Source of the DNA: a virus
Lineage: Duplodnaviria; Caudoviricetes
DNA: 64,000 nucleotides
Virus record (IMG/VR): IMGVR_UViG_2882837327_000001
Location: 1 to 64,000 of that record
Direction: 5' to 3' (one strand)
The position numbers and the translations under genes were made by a program. Positions 54,395 to 63,129 of the stretch are shown here, one piece after another. Below the pieces are notes generated by a model. The model had not been told where the DNA came from and searched no databases. It was given only the letters and a program-made list of their open reading frames with translations. The stretch's first letter is position 1. Each line of letters begins with the position of its first letter.

Positions 54395-54681
54395 GGCGAG
54401 GCCTCGTCGGCGCTGCCGAGGAGGGTGTTCGCGCGGTCGATCACATTGAGGAGGCGGGCGCGCTCGCTGGTCAGGGCCAGATAGGCGTCGCCGGCGCCGT
54501 CATGGAGGATGGCGCGCGGGCGAGCCTTGGCCAGATCTTCATCGACCACGGCCAGGCGCTTCATGGCCGCATCGCGGATCTTCCGTTCGGCTTCGTCGGT
54601 GCTGCTGTCCAGCGCGGCCAGGTGGCCCAGGCGCCGGCGTGCGGCGGCCATGTGCTGGTCAGGGGATGGGGCGCGTTCCAT
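54391..54681 (-). CDS. Hypothetical helical protein
   Basis: Directly downstream of a late motif; ATGA-coupled. Confidence 0.65.
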   Translation of the reverse strand: MERAPSPDQHMAAARRRLGHLAALDSSTDEAERKIRDAAMKRLAVVDEDLAKARPRAILHDGAGDAYLALTSERARLLNVIDRANTLLGSADEASP

Positions 54682-54695
54682 CCCTATGTTGTGCT

Positions 54696-54705
54696 GTCAC
54701 GACGC
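54696..54705 (-). promoter_or_regulatory. Late-promoter motif, copy 9
   Basis: ATG 14 nt downstream (54681). Confidence 0.65.
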
Positions 54706-55007
54706 GCCCTCGGCTCATCCGCCGGGGCGCGCCGGCCGGCGTGGGCTACCCGATCAACTTCTGCGGGATAAAGATGGTAGCCCCTTCATCGGAAGTGCTC
54801 ACCTTAACGCCCTCGTTGAGGGCGCCGGGCTGGCTAACAATGTGAATCCAGTATTTCATCCACTCATTCGGGGGTGCATTTTCAGCGGGTTTTTGCATAA
54901 CAAACTCCAGACCTCGGAATTGAGGTCAAAGTCGCCATAGAGATTATCCTGGCGGAGTTCCATTTTCTTTTGCCGGAAAGAGATCGGCCCCAGAAGGGTG
55001 CGTTCGG

Positions 55008-58000
55008 TCAGAAGAGCGCACCTTGCCCCACATCCGCCGGTTCGGCATGAGCCCGCCTGCCCTCCTCCGGTGGCCTGACGCCTTCACCCCGCACTGGATG
55101 CCGCGACGCCTCAGGAAGGTCAGGGTCTCGGCCAGCCCTGATCCGATGCAGCATCCCCGCCAGGCCCGTGTCGTCCAGCCCGTCCAGGGGCGAGGTAACG
55201 ATGCTGCGGAGCTCGTATTTCCGTGCCAGGCGGTCACGGTTCCTCCGCTCGGCCGGGTGATTGGCCACCAGGTCCAGCAGCTCCACATCCTCGGTCTGGC
55301 CAACGCGGTCGATGCGGCCATTGCGCTGGGCGTGCACCATGGCGGTCTGTGGCGTGTCGAACTGCGCCAGCCATTTGCCCTTCTGCAGGTTGGCCCCCAC
55401 CGCACCAGCATCCGAAACAACCAGCACGTCATGGTCGCCGCGCTGGAAGGCGCGCTTGATGCCGTCCTTCTCTTTGGAGGAATTGCCGCCGGTCATCGTG
55501 CTGACGCGCAGGCCCTGCCCTTTTAGCCGCTCGCTGAGATCCTGCACCCGGTCCAGGTGATGGCAGAACACAATGCCCGGCTTTCCCTTCCTGGCCGTCG
55601 CCTGCTGCACCAGGGCGTCCATCTTGCCCCGCCCGTCGATGGCGTGGCGAATGGCACTGTCACGCACCACGCCGATGGCGTTCTGCAGCCGCCGCGCCAC
55701 CTCGCCGTGCTGATCGGCCGGAACGCCGGCAAAGCTGTTGGGGGAGAGCACCTTCATGGCGGCGATGTCGGTGCGGCCCTCCATCCGGGCGATCCGCGCG
55801 GCGCCGGCGGCGCGGTTCACTGCCTCGATCCGGGCGTGATCGTCGGCGTGCAGCTCCACCGGCACTTCCTTCTTGTGGGCGGCCACGCCGGAGGAGATGG
55901 AGCTGGTGTAGTAGTGGCGCGCCATCTCGCGGCGCAGCCCGTCCTTCGCGGATTCCGTGTCCACGCCATACCGCCGCATGAAGGCGTCCCGGTCGCTGTA
56001 GCGCTCGGGATCCATCTTCGCGAGGGTGTCGAACACCTCGCTGGCATCGTTCTTTACCGGGTCGGCGGTCATGTTCACATAGGTGCCCATGCCATGCGCC
56101 ACGCCGTCGATGACGTGCGCCATGCCGCTGTCTTCCTTGCCACGGCGGTTCAGCAGGTTGTGGCCCTCATCCACGGCCAGATAGTCGTGGTCGATGCCCT
56201 CCTTGTGCAGCACCTCCTTGATGAAGCTGGCGCGCTCCATCGGTTTCATGCCGGCCAGCCGGGCCTTGATGGCATCGGGCGTGGTGCCGTGCTGCTGGGA
56301 TGCCAAGTGCAGCACGTCATCCCGAAAGGCCTGGTGCGTGACCACGTTGAAGTGCTTGCTCGGATCCTTCAGAGCGGCGATCCGCTCCTCGCGCGACGCG
56401 CCCGGGTTGGCGTGCCAGTCGTATTTGCCGGGCTCCAGCATGGCCAGAGCTTCGCCGTGGAACTGCCCCTGCACCACGCTCGGCACCACCATAAGGCCAC
56501 GCTTCGCCTTGCCCTGGTCGTGCAGGTGGGTGAAGGCGGCCAGGCTGATGCTCGTCTTCCCGCTGCCAACGCCCATGCCCAGCATAGTCCGGCGATTGCG
56601 GGCGATCAGCTTCACCGCGCGCTGTCGCGCCACGAACTTGCCGTCCATCGTCGGTGCGAAGATCCCGACCGGCTGGCCGGGCTTGAAGTTGCCGCCGATT
56701 CGGCGGGCCATGCCGGCCAGGGTTCGCTCGGCCGCGTGGCCGATGGTGTGGCGCTCGCCCGTCCCCATGGGGGCGGTATTCTCCGGCAGAGCATCGTCGG
56801 TGGTGGCCGCCGCGGGCTCGTCGCCGAACAGGCCCATCTGGCTTTGCGCCGCTGCCTCCTCCGCCTCTCGCGCGGCCGCCATCTTGTCGCTGACCGAGCC
56901 GGAGGCGTAGCGGCCGGCGGTGCGTTCCCGCAGCCGGTCCACCAGGCCGCGGTGCTCGGCCAGGCGGCGCTCGCGTGCATCGGGATCCAGCGCGTCCAGA
57001 TGGTTCAGGTCGCCGGCGATGTTGGTCCGGCCCATGCGCAAGGGCGCGTCCGGGCGGAGCTGGTTGTGGATCTGGCCAAACTCGCCGACCACCCTGCCCT
57101 TCACCACGTCCTGCATGGCCAGATAGGCGGCCTGCGGGCTGCCCATGTGCTCGACATACCGAGGCCAGTTCATCTCGGCCGAGCTAGCAGCGGTGGCGGC
57201 CGCGTCGTGGTCGCGCTTCCAGTCGCCCCACAGCGGGTTCTCCTGGCGCCCGAACATGCCATCCGTCTCACGCTCCGGCTCCTCGGCCTTCAGCTTTTCC
57301 AGCGCCGTCCGCTTGTCCGCGGCCTGCGGATCGCTCGCGCCGAAGTCGCGGACGAACAGGGCGCGCAGCCCCGCCTGGTCCTGCGGTGTCAGCTCGCCCA
57401 CCGGCTTGAAGGCGGCCGCGCCCTCCGGGATCTTCGCGAGGGCGCGGTGAAGCGCCTCCACGCTGGTGCTGTCCTCGGCGAGGGGCTGCTTGGCGATGGT
57501 GGTGCGCCGCCCGCCATGGTTGCGATCGGTGAAAGCATCGGCCAGCCGGTCGAAGGCGCCGGCGTGGGCCTCCGCGCGGATCATCTTGCCGTCCGCCCCG
57601 TAGAGCGGCGCCACTTCGTTGACGGCGGCCATGAAGGCGCTGCGGTCGCCGGCGCGCTGGATCAGATCCTCGGACAGCAGCCCGGCCATGATATCCGCCG
57701 GGCTGTCGCCGTCCGCCGCGCGGCCGCCGATGTAGTCTCGGACGGCCTGGCCCACATCCGCCGGTGCGGTAGGGAAGGCCTTGGCCAGTCGCGGCGCGGC
57801 GCCGGCCGGCAGGTCGCTGCCGAAATCCGGGCGACGCGCCACGCCGGCAGGCAGCCAGCCGGCCTCGTCTTCATGGCCCTGCATGATGGACAGGGCGCCG
57901 TTCACCCGGTCCAGGTCAGCGGGGTCGATGGGTGCGGTCAGCTTGCCGATGGCGTCGCCGTGGATCACCAGCAGCGTGCTGCGGCCCGCGCGCTCCATGG

Positions 58001-60374
58001 TGTAGTCGCCCTTCTGCAGGCCAATCGCCCGCAAGCGAGTGATGGCGTCCGCCACCGGCAGATTGCCGAGGGAGACACTGATGCGGTCGCGCTTCGGCTT
58101 CTCCAGCGCCGTCACCAGCGCGGCGTTCGTCTCCATCTCCCCCAGGGCCTGGGCCAGGATGGCCTTGCTGCGGCCGACCAGCTCGCGCCGGCGGGCGTTC
58201 AGCTCCTGCGCCACCGCCAAGTCATGGCCGGTGGCGGCCTCGCCAAGCTGGATCTCGCTGGCCTGTTCCTGAAGCTCCCGGGCCTCAGTCAGCGCATCGG
58301 TGCTGGTGGCCATGTAGTGCTGGACGTGGAAGCGGCTCATCGCCTCCCGGACATGGCCCAGCTCGTCGCTGGTCAGATCTCCGGCCAGCCGGTGAGCCAG
58401 CGCCTGGGCTGCGGCCTCGGGCCCCAGCACGTCCACCACGCTGCGATCCATCAGCGGCGCGCCGCCGGCGGCCAGCGCCAGGCTGTTCAGGGAGTTGAAC
58501 GCCCCCACGCTGACGTGCTTCGTCATGCCGGTGGCGCCAGCTTTCTCGGCCTCGTCCAGGAATCCGCGGGTGCGGATGGTGCGGAGCTCGTCTTCCACCC
58601 CGCGCATCACCGCTTCATCCACGGCCTTGCCGTCCACCTCTATGACGAAGGCGTTGGGCTCGATAGCGCCGGCGTCCGCCGCCTTGTCGATGTCGCGCGT
58701 GCGCTCTCGCACCTGCTTCAGCTTCTCGCGCATCTCGCGCTCAGCGCGCAGCAGTGCCATGGCTTGCTTCGCGGTGGCCCGGCCCTTGGGGTCGATGCTC
58801 GGCCCGATCGGCTCTCGCACCCGATTCAGCGCCTTCGCGGTGCCTTCGGCTATTGCCGGCGCACCACGCTCTTCCTGCTGCGCGGGGGTGGTGCTGGAAG
58901 TGGCGTCACCGGCGCCATCATCAGCCTGCGAGGCCGGCTTTTCCTCAGTTTCTGGCTTTGTAGGGGTGGTGCTGTCCACTCGCTGCGGCGGTGGCGGCGC
59001 CGTATCGAGGGCAGGTTGTTCCTGCTCCTCTGCGACCTTAGCCGACCGGCCTTTGACCTCTGAGGCCTCGGCCTTGATCTGCGCGGCGTCTCCGCCGCCC
59101 GCCGCCGCACGCTCGGCGTATTTCGGCTGGAAGCCCAGCCCTTTGCCGCCGTCGCTCTCAACCGGATCCAGATCCGCCACGCTGATCTGTGCAGGGTCGG
59201 CTGGCGCGGACAGCGGCACGGCGGACATGCCGCCCTCGGCACGCATATCGGCATCGGCCAGCAGCCGCTGGCGCTGCGTGTTCACCGCATCCTTCGCCGC
59301 GGCGAACAGCTCCTGGAAATGCGCGTCTTGCAGCTTCGCTACCTCAGACGGGGCCTTGTCCTGGTGCTCCTCCTCCTTGAACCGCACATCTTCGGGCTTC
59401 CAGTCCAGCACCTTGGCCACCTGGCGCACGAAATCATCCTGCGCGGCGCGCCCGGCCAGGCGGAGGTTGTCCTTCGCCTGCTTCTTCATGCCGGCGGTGC
59501 CGGCCTCCCGATCGCGCGCGGCCTGCTGCCGCTTCTCGTCACGCCGCGCGGCTGCCCCCTCCTTCGCGCGCTGGGCATACTCGGCCTCGCTGCGCACCCC
59601 GGTCAGCTTCAGGTAGTTGAGCTTGCCTCCGGCGCCGCCGATCACGCGATAGGCGCCATCGCCGGCGGGCTGGATCATCACCGCGTGCCCCTCAGTGCCC
59701 GGGCCGTTAGGGCGCACGGTGATCCAGCGCGCGCCGGTGGGCAGCGCCTTCGTCATCCGGCCTTCCAAGAGATCCTTGAAGATCGTTCGGAGCGTGGCTA
59801 TGTCTACCGGACGCCGGGCGAGATGCACCGGGGTAGAACCGGTGGGTTGAGCGCGGCCATGTTCTCCACCGATTTCGTCCGGCGATTCCAGCAACCCAAC
59901 TAAATCGTGGTGGTAGTGCAAGTGCCCGGCGCCGTCCTGGCGGACGCGCAGTAGCGCTGCATAGTCGCGGGTGCCAATGGATAGAGGCGCCGCCAGGGTG
60001 TGCCACAGGTTCTTGCTGGTTTCGTCGTAGCGGTCGCCTTCGGTCGAGAGGTGAACCGCGTGGCGCAATAGATCTGGCAGGCCCGCAACTGATGCCGCTA
60101 TCTCGGTATAAGTGTGCCCCTTAAGCGCGTGTCGCAGGCCGTTACCCGAAATCCCTATGCGGGCGCCAAGATGCGCGTTGTGCACCGAGAGCATGGTTGG
60201 GCCGTGTGGGCCGTGGCCGGTGACGAAGTGGCGACGTGCGTATTCCAGCGCGTTGGTTCGCAGCTCTTTCGGCGTATCCCCCGAGATTTCATCGCCACGA
60301 AGGGAAGTCCAGTGGGCAAAGCGCCCGCGCGCATCGTGCTGGGGATTGCTCTTCAGGAACAGGATAGGGCACAT
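55008..60374 (-). CDS. 1788-aa polyvalent protein: LPD3-like N-domain plus C-terminal SNF2-like helicase
   Basis: GVGSGKT Walker A, VDEGH, NMTADP, GANLQ and QRNGRIDRVGQ motifs; N-terminal VHNAHLGARIGIS...GLRH...LPDLL...APLSIG..Y.ALL.VRQD..GH..Y LPD3-like pattern. Confidence 0.85.
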   Translation of the reverse strand: MCPILFLKSNPQHDARGRFAHWTSLRGDEISGDTPKELRTNALEYARRHFVTGHGPHGPTMLSVHNAHLGARIGISGNGLRHALKGHTYTEIAASVAGLPDLLRHAVHLSTEGDRYDETSKNLWHTLAAPLSIGTRDYAALLRVRQDGAGHLHYHHDLVGLLESPDEIGGEHGRAQPTGSTPVHLARRPVDIATLRTIFKDLLEGRMTKALPTGARWITVRPNGPGTEGHAVMIQPAGDGAYRVIGGAGGKLNYLKLTGVRSEAEYAQRAKEGAAARRDEKRQQAARDREAGTAGMKKQAKDNLRLAGRAAQDDFVRQVAKVLDWKPEDVRFKEEEHQDKAPSEVAKLQDAHFQELFAAAKDAVNTQRQRLLADADMRAEGGMSAVPLSAPADPAQISVADLDPVESDGGKGLGFQPKYAERAAAGGGDAAQIKAEASEVKGRSAKVAEEQEQPALDTAPPPPQRVDSTTPTKPETEEKPASQADDGAGDATSSTTPAQQEERGAPAIAEGTAKALNRVREPIGPSIDPKGRATAKQAMALLRAEREMREKLKQVRERTRDIDKAADAGAIEPNAFVIEVDGKAVDEAVMRGVEDELRTIRTRGFLDEAEKAGATGMTKHVSVGAFNSLNSLALAAGGAPLMDRSVVDVLGPEAAAQALAHRLAGDLTSDELGHVREAMSRFHVQHYMATSTDALTEARELQEQASEIQLGEAATGHDLAVAQELNARRRELVGRSKAILAQALGEMETNAALVTALEKPKRDRISVSLGNLPVADAITRLRAIGLQKGDYTMERAGRSTLLVIHGDAIGKLTAPIDPADLDRVNGALSIMQGHEDEAGWLPAGVARRPDFGSDLPAGAAPRLAKAFPTAPADVGQAVRDYIGGRAADGDSPADIMAGLLSEDLIQRAGDRSAFMAAVNEVAPLYGADGKMIRAEAHAGAFDRLADAFTDRNHGGRRTTIAKQPLAEDSTSVEALHRALAKIPEGAAAFKPVGELTPQDQAGLRALFVRDFGASDPQAADKRTALEKLKAEEPERETDGMFGRQENPLWGDWKRDHDAAATAASSAEMNWPRYVEHMGSPQAAYLAMQDVVKGRVVGEFGQIHNQLRPDAPLRMGRTNIAGDLNHLDALDPDARERRLAEHRGLVDRLRERTAGRYASGSVSDKMAAAREAEEAAAQSQMGLFGDEPAAATTDDALPENTAPMGTGERHTIGHAAERTLAGMARRIGGNFKPGQPVGIFAPTMDGKFVARQRAVKLIARNRRTMLGMGVGSGKTSISLAAFTHLHDQGKAKRGLMVVPSVVQGQFHGEALAMLEPGKYDWHANPGASREERIAALKDPSKHFNVVTHQAFRDDVLHLASQQHGTTPDAIKARLAGMKPMERASFIKEVLHKEGIDHDYLAVDEGHNLLNRRGKEDSGMAHVIDGVAHGMGTYVNMTADPVKNDASEVFDTLAKMDPERYSDRDAFMRRYGVDTESAKDGLRREMARHYYTSSISSGVAAHKKEVPVELHADDHARIEAVNRAAGAARIARMEGRTDIAAMKVLSPNSFAGVPADQHGEVARRLQNAIGVVRDSAIRHAIDGRGKMDALVQQATARKGKPGIVFCHHLDRVQDLSERLKGQGLRVSTMTGGNSSKEKDGIKRAFQRGDHDVLVVSDAGAVGANLQKGKWLAQFDTPQTAMVHAQRNGRIDRVGQTEDVELLDLVANHPAERRNRDRLARKYELRSIVTSPLDGLDDTGLAGMLHRIRAGRDPDLPEASRHPVRGEGVRPPEEGRRAHAEPADVGQGALF

Positions 60375-60388
60375 AACCGCACTGTGCG

Positions 60389-60398
60389 GTCACGACGC
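60389..60398 (-). promoter_or_regulatory. Late-promoter motif, copy 10
   Basis: Followed by CG-CACAGT; ATG 14 nt downstream (60374). Confidence 0.7.
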
Positions 60399-60427
60399 GG
60401 GCCAGGCGCTGGCCCGCGCAGGTGTGG

Positions 60428-61390
60428 TTAGCTGCCAATCTCGCTGAAACGCAAGTTGCGCCAGACCTGGCCACCGTCGCGCCAGGTCAGCGCTTCGATG
60501 CTCGGCGGGTTCGGGCGTGGCACGACGTGCGCCACCTCCTCCCGCTCTAAGAACCACCCATTGTCGAATAGAATGGACTGGATCGCGCCCTCCAACAGAC
60601 GGGAGTGGGTCGCTACCATCATGAACTTAACCCGCTCGCTGACAAATCCGACAGAGCGGTTGAGCACGTTGAATTCGGCACCCTGGATATCGATGTGAAC
60701 AAAGTCTATTAGCGACTTGTCCTTCAATAAGGTCTCAAGCGTCACCGCGGGAACTCGAACGTGCGCTGTATCGGCACCGCGGTAATCCACAGAGGCGCTT
60801 TTGTCAGTGTCGATCGCCTGGCCGCCTGAGTCGGCGATGCCGGTGGTAGGGAATAGAGCATCGCCGTCCTCATCCCAGATCACTGCATGCCTCAGATCCC
60901 AACTGAGCCCATCGTAACTTCCGACCATCTCTGCATCATGAGGTAGCAGCCGATTGTAAGCGAGGTGATTACGCATGCTTGCGGCGCGTTCCGCATCACC
61001 TTCAACCCCGGTGATCGATACCGGACCAAGGCCCTTACGCCGAGCAAGAATCGCTGAGAGACCTAGCCACGGAGCGAAACCCGCACCTAGCTCAACCGCC
61101 GTAAAGCCGCCGTGTGCGTGCTTCAGGGCAAGCGCCAGCCCGACATATTCCACTGCTTCCGCCAGCCAAGAATCGCTTGGAAACGGCGGCTTGGTGATGA
61201 CTTCACCTAGTCGTCCGGCCACACTCGGCTCATTGCTCGGATGGATGCGCATGCCGAAATAGTCGGTCAATGCCCTGGCGTCAGCTTCGACTTTCGACGG
61301 CGCCAGGCTAACCACCAAGTCGATGTCGCTTGGCAGGAACCCACGAAAGTAATGCCAGAAATCTGGCGTATAATTATAGTGCTGCACCAT
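60428..61390 (-). CDS. FkbM-family SAM-dependent methyltransferase (moron)
   Basis: VELGAG, VEGD, LETLL...IDFVHIDIQGAE...VATH; visibly lower GC. Confidence 0.85.
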   Translation of the reverse strand: MVQHYNYTPDFWHYFRGFLPSDIDLVVSLAPSKVEADARALTDYFGMRIHPSNEPSVAGRLGEVITKPPFPSDSWLAEAVEYVGLALALKHAHGGFTAVELGAGFAPWLGLSAILARRKGLGPVSITGVEGDAERAASMRNHLAYNRLLPHDAEMVGSYDGLSWDLRHAVIWDEDGDALFPTTGIADSGGQAIDTDKSASVDYRGADTAHVRVPAVTLETLLKDKSLIDFVHIDIQGAEFNVLNRSVGFVSERVKFMMVATHSRLLEGAIQSILFDNGWFLEREEVAHVVPRPNPPSIEALTWRDGGQVWRNLRFSEIGS

Positions 61391-61428
61391 TCGTTCCTTT
61401 GGCGCTCTTGGGGAAGGCTTTGCCGCGT

Positions 61429-61845
61429 TCAGCTTGCCGTCGAATTGATGGGGTGAAAAGAGCAGCCGGGTATTTCGGCTAATTGCTCGGGATAGATGCC
61501 CATTAGATGGACAGCTATCAGCTTATGGAGCCGCCAGCGCTCAGCATTTGGTAGCAGCACCAAATTCGTCGCCCCCACGGGACCAACCATTCCAAACTGA
61601 GCGAGGGGCACCGTGATGCACGCGGCGCCGTTGGCGAGGAGACTACCACTCAGATCTCCCCAGGACTGCGGGAACGTGCAGAAACCAAGCTCTTCACCAT
61701 GCAAGGAGAGGAGCATGAACGGCCCGGCAGATCGTCCATCATCACTCGGAATCGGGAGCATTCCATCACCCATTGCGATGCAGCAACTTAACGCCACAAC
61801 TGGCGCGCGCCCATCCTTCATATCCAGGGATCTCATGAGGCTCAT
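61429..61845 (-). CDS. Hypothetical protein (lower-GC moron)
   Basis: GAGGAG RBS before MSLMRS; same lower-GC block as FkbM. Confidence 0.5.
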   Translation of the reverse strand: MSLMRSLDMKDGRAPVVALSCCIAMGDGMLPIPSDDGRSAGPFMLLSLHGEELGFCTFPQSWGDLSGSLLANGAACITVPLAQFGMVGPVGATNLVLLPNAERWRLHKLIAVHLMGIYPEQLAEIPGCSFHPINSTAS

Positions 61846-61864
61846 GTTTGTGCTCCTCAGCAGC

Positions 61865-62572
61865 TTAGATTTTCGGAATGAGCGGCACCGCCGGCGCGCA
61901 GCTAGGCCAGCGCCAAGCCCTGAAAGCGAATGACGGGAAGGTGCCTGCGGAGACGGGCATGGCGAGGGTCCAACCGAGGTCGTTGCCTTCGGCATCAAGG
62001 CCCGCGTGCACGACTGGAACCTGACGATCTGACCAAAGCGCCAGGTCGGTGCGGCGTGGGTCGGCGACAAGGCCGCCTTGGAAAGCCACCCAGACCGTGC
62101 GCCCGTCTCGCGGGGCCTTCGCCATGTCGGTGTTCCAGATCGGTCGGCGGCAGCGGACGGGTACGGCCTCCTCAACCTCATCCCCCCAATCATCATCAGG
62201 GTCTTCGTCGTCTTCGCGATCGCCCTCGCCGTGCTCCGGCATGGCGCGCTGCGCCTCGAATACTGCCACGCGGTGGTCGCGCAAGGCGTCAACATGCCTG
62301 GCGAAGGTGCGGGGCAAGGTAGGCGTCATGTCCGCCAGCAAGGCCAACTCATGGACGCCCGCGCACAGCTCCTCGATCGCGCTGCCAGAGATACGGCGCA
62401 GGCGCTCCATCATGGACACGATAGCGGGTGGCAGGCCTGGGCATTGATCGGCATGCAGGGCTGCCTCGAAAACGGCGTTCAGCATCTCCTTCTCGGCCTG
62501 GAGCAGTTGCTCGGTCTCGAAGCTCTCGCGCAGAGGGCGAGGCGCGAAGGAAATGGGGCGCGCGGTGCTCAT
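61865..62572 (-). CDS. Hypothetical phage protein with a DUF551-like C-terminal segment
   Basis: WNTDMAKAPRDGRTV motif; acidic linker. Confidence 0.6.
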   Translation of the reverse strand: MSTARPISFAPRPLRESFETEQLLQAEKEMLNAVFEAALHADQCPGLPPAIVSMMERLRRISGSAIEELCAGVHELALLADMTPTLPRTFARHVDALRDHRVAVFEAQRAMPEHGEGDREDDEDPDDDWGDEVEEAVPVRCRRPIWNTDMAKAPRDGRTVWVAFQGGLVADPRRTDLALWSDRQVPVVHAGLDAEGNDLGWTLAMPVSAGTFPSFAFRAWRWPSCAPAVPLIPKI

Positions 62573-63129
62573 GCCACCACCTCGAAGGCGATGCGCTTCT
62601 CGGGACCGCAGTGCTTCACCCGCGCATAGGCGTCCTCGAAGGGAAGCAGCCACGCTTCGACGCGCCGGTTATCGGTGTATCCGTGGCCACCGTCCCGCCA
62701 GTAGGCGCGATGCTCGCCAGACCAGATACGCACCAAGCGGCCAGCCAGCTTTACCCGGGTTCGCTCGCCGCCGGCGCGCTCGATGCTGGCCAGATTGCGG
62801 CGCCAGGCCTGCGGCCGCTTTATGCCGGCAAAGGCCAGCCAATCACCCAGGGACTCGATCCAGACATCACCGTTCCAGATTACTCGGGCGATGATGACGA
62901 TCCGCTCGGTGGGCCCATAGGGCAGCAGCTCGCGAATGAAGCGCGGCAAATAGGCCTGGCTGAAAGGGCCCTTCTTCACCGGGCTCATACCGGGGTCTTT
63001 GATGATGACCACCGTGTGGATCACGCCGCTGTCGTCCCGAGGGCGCGGCAGGCCGGCCAGGCGCCCGACTTCCTCGCGCAGGCGGCGGTTCTCTGCAAGC
63101 AGATCCTCCATGGTGCGCGGGTCACTCAT
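62569..63129 (-). CDS. Hypothetical phage protein
   Basis: Coupled ORF; WSGEHRAYWR motif. Confidence 0.6.
   Translation of the reverse strand: MSDPRTMEDLLAENRRLREEVGRLAGLPRPRDDSGVIHTVVIIKDPGMSPVKKGPFSQAYLPRFIRELLPYGPTERIVIIARVIWNGDVWIESLGDWLAFAGIKRPQAWRRNLASIERAGGERTRVKLAGRLVRIWSGEHRAYWRDGGHGYTDNRRVEAWLLPFEDAYARVKHCGPEKRIAFEVVA

Noticed and set aside
38545-59063. Very long plus-strand ORFs (38545-41238, 41643-43982, 48179-50515, 55557-59063)
   Set aside because: Antisense shadows of real GC-rich minus-strand genes; no motifs, typical of high-GC codon bias
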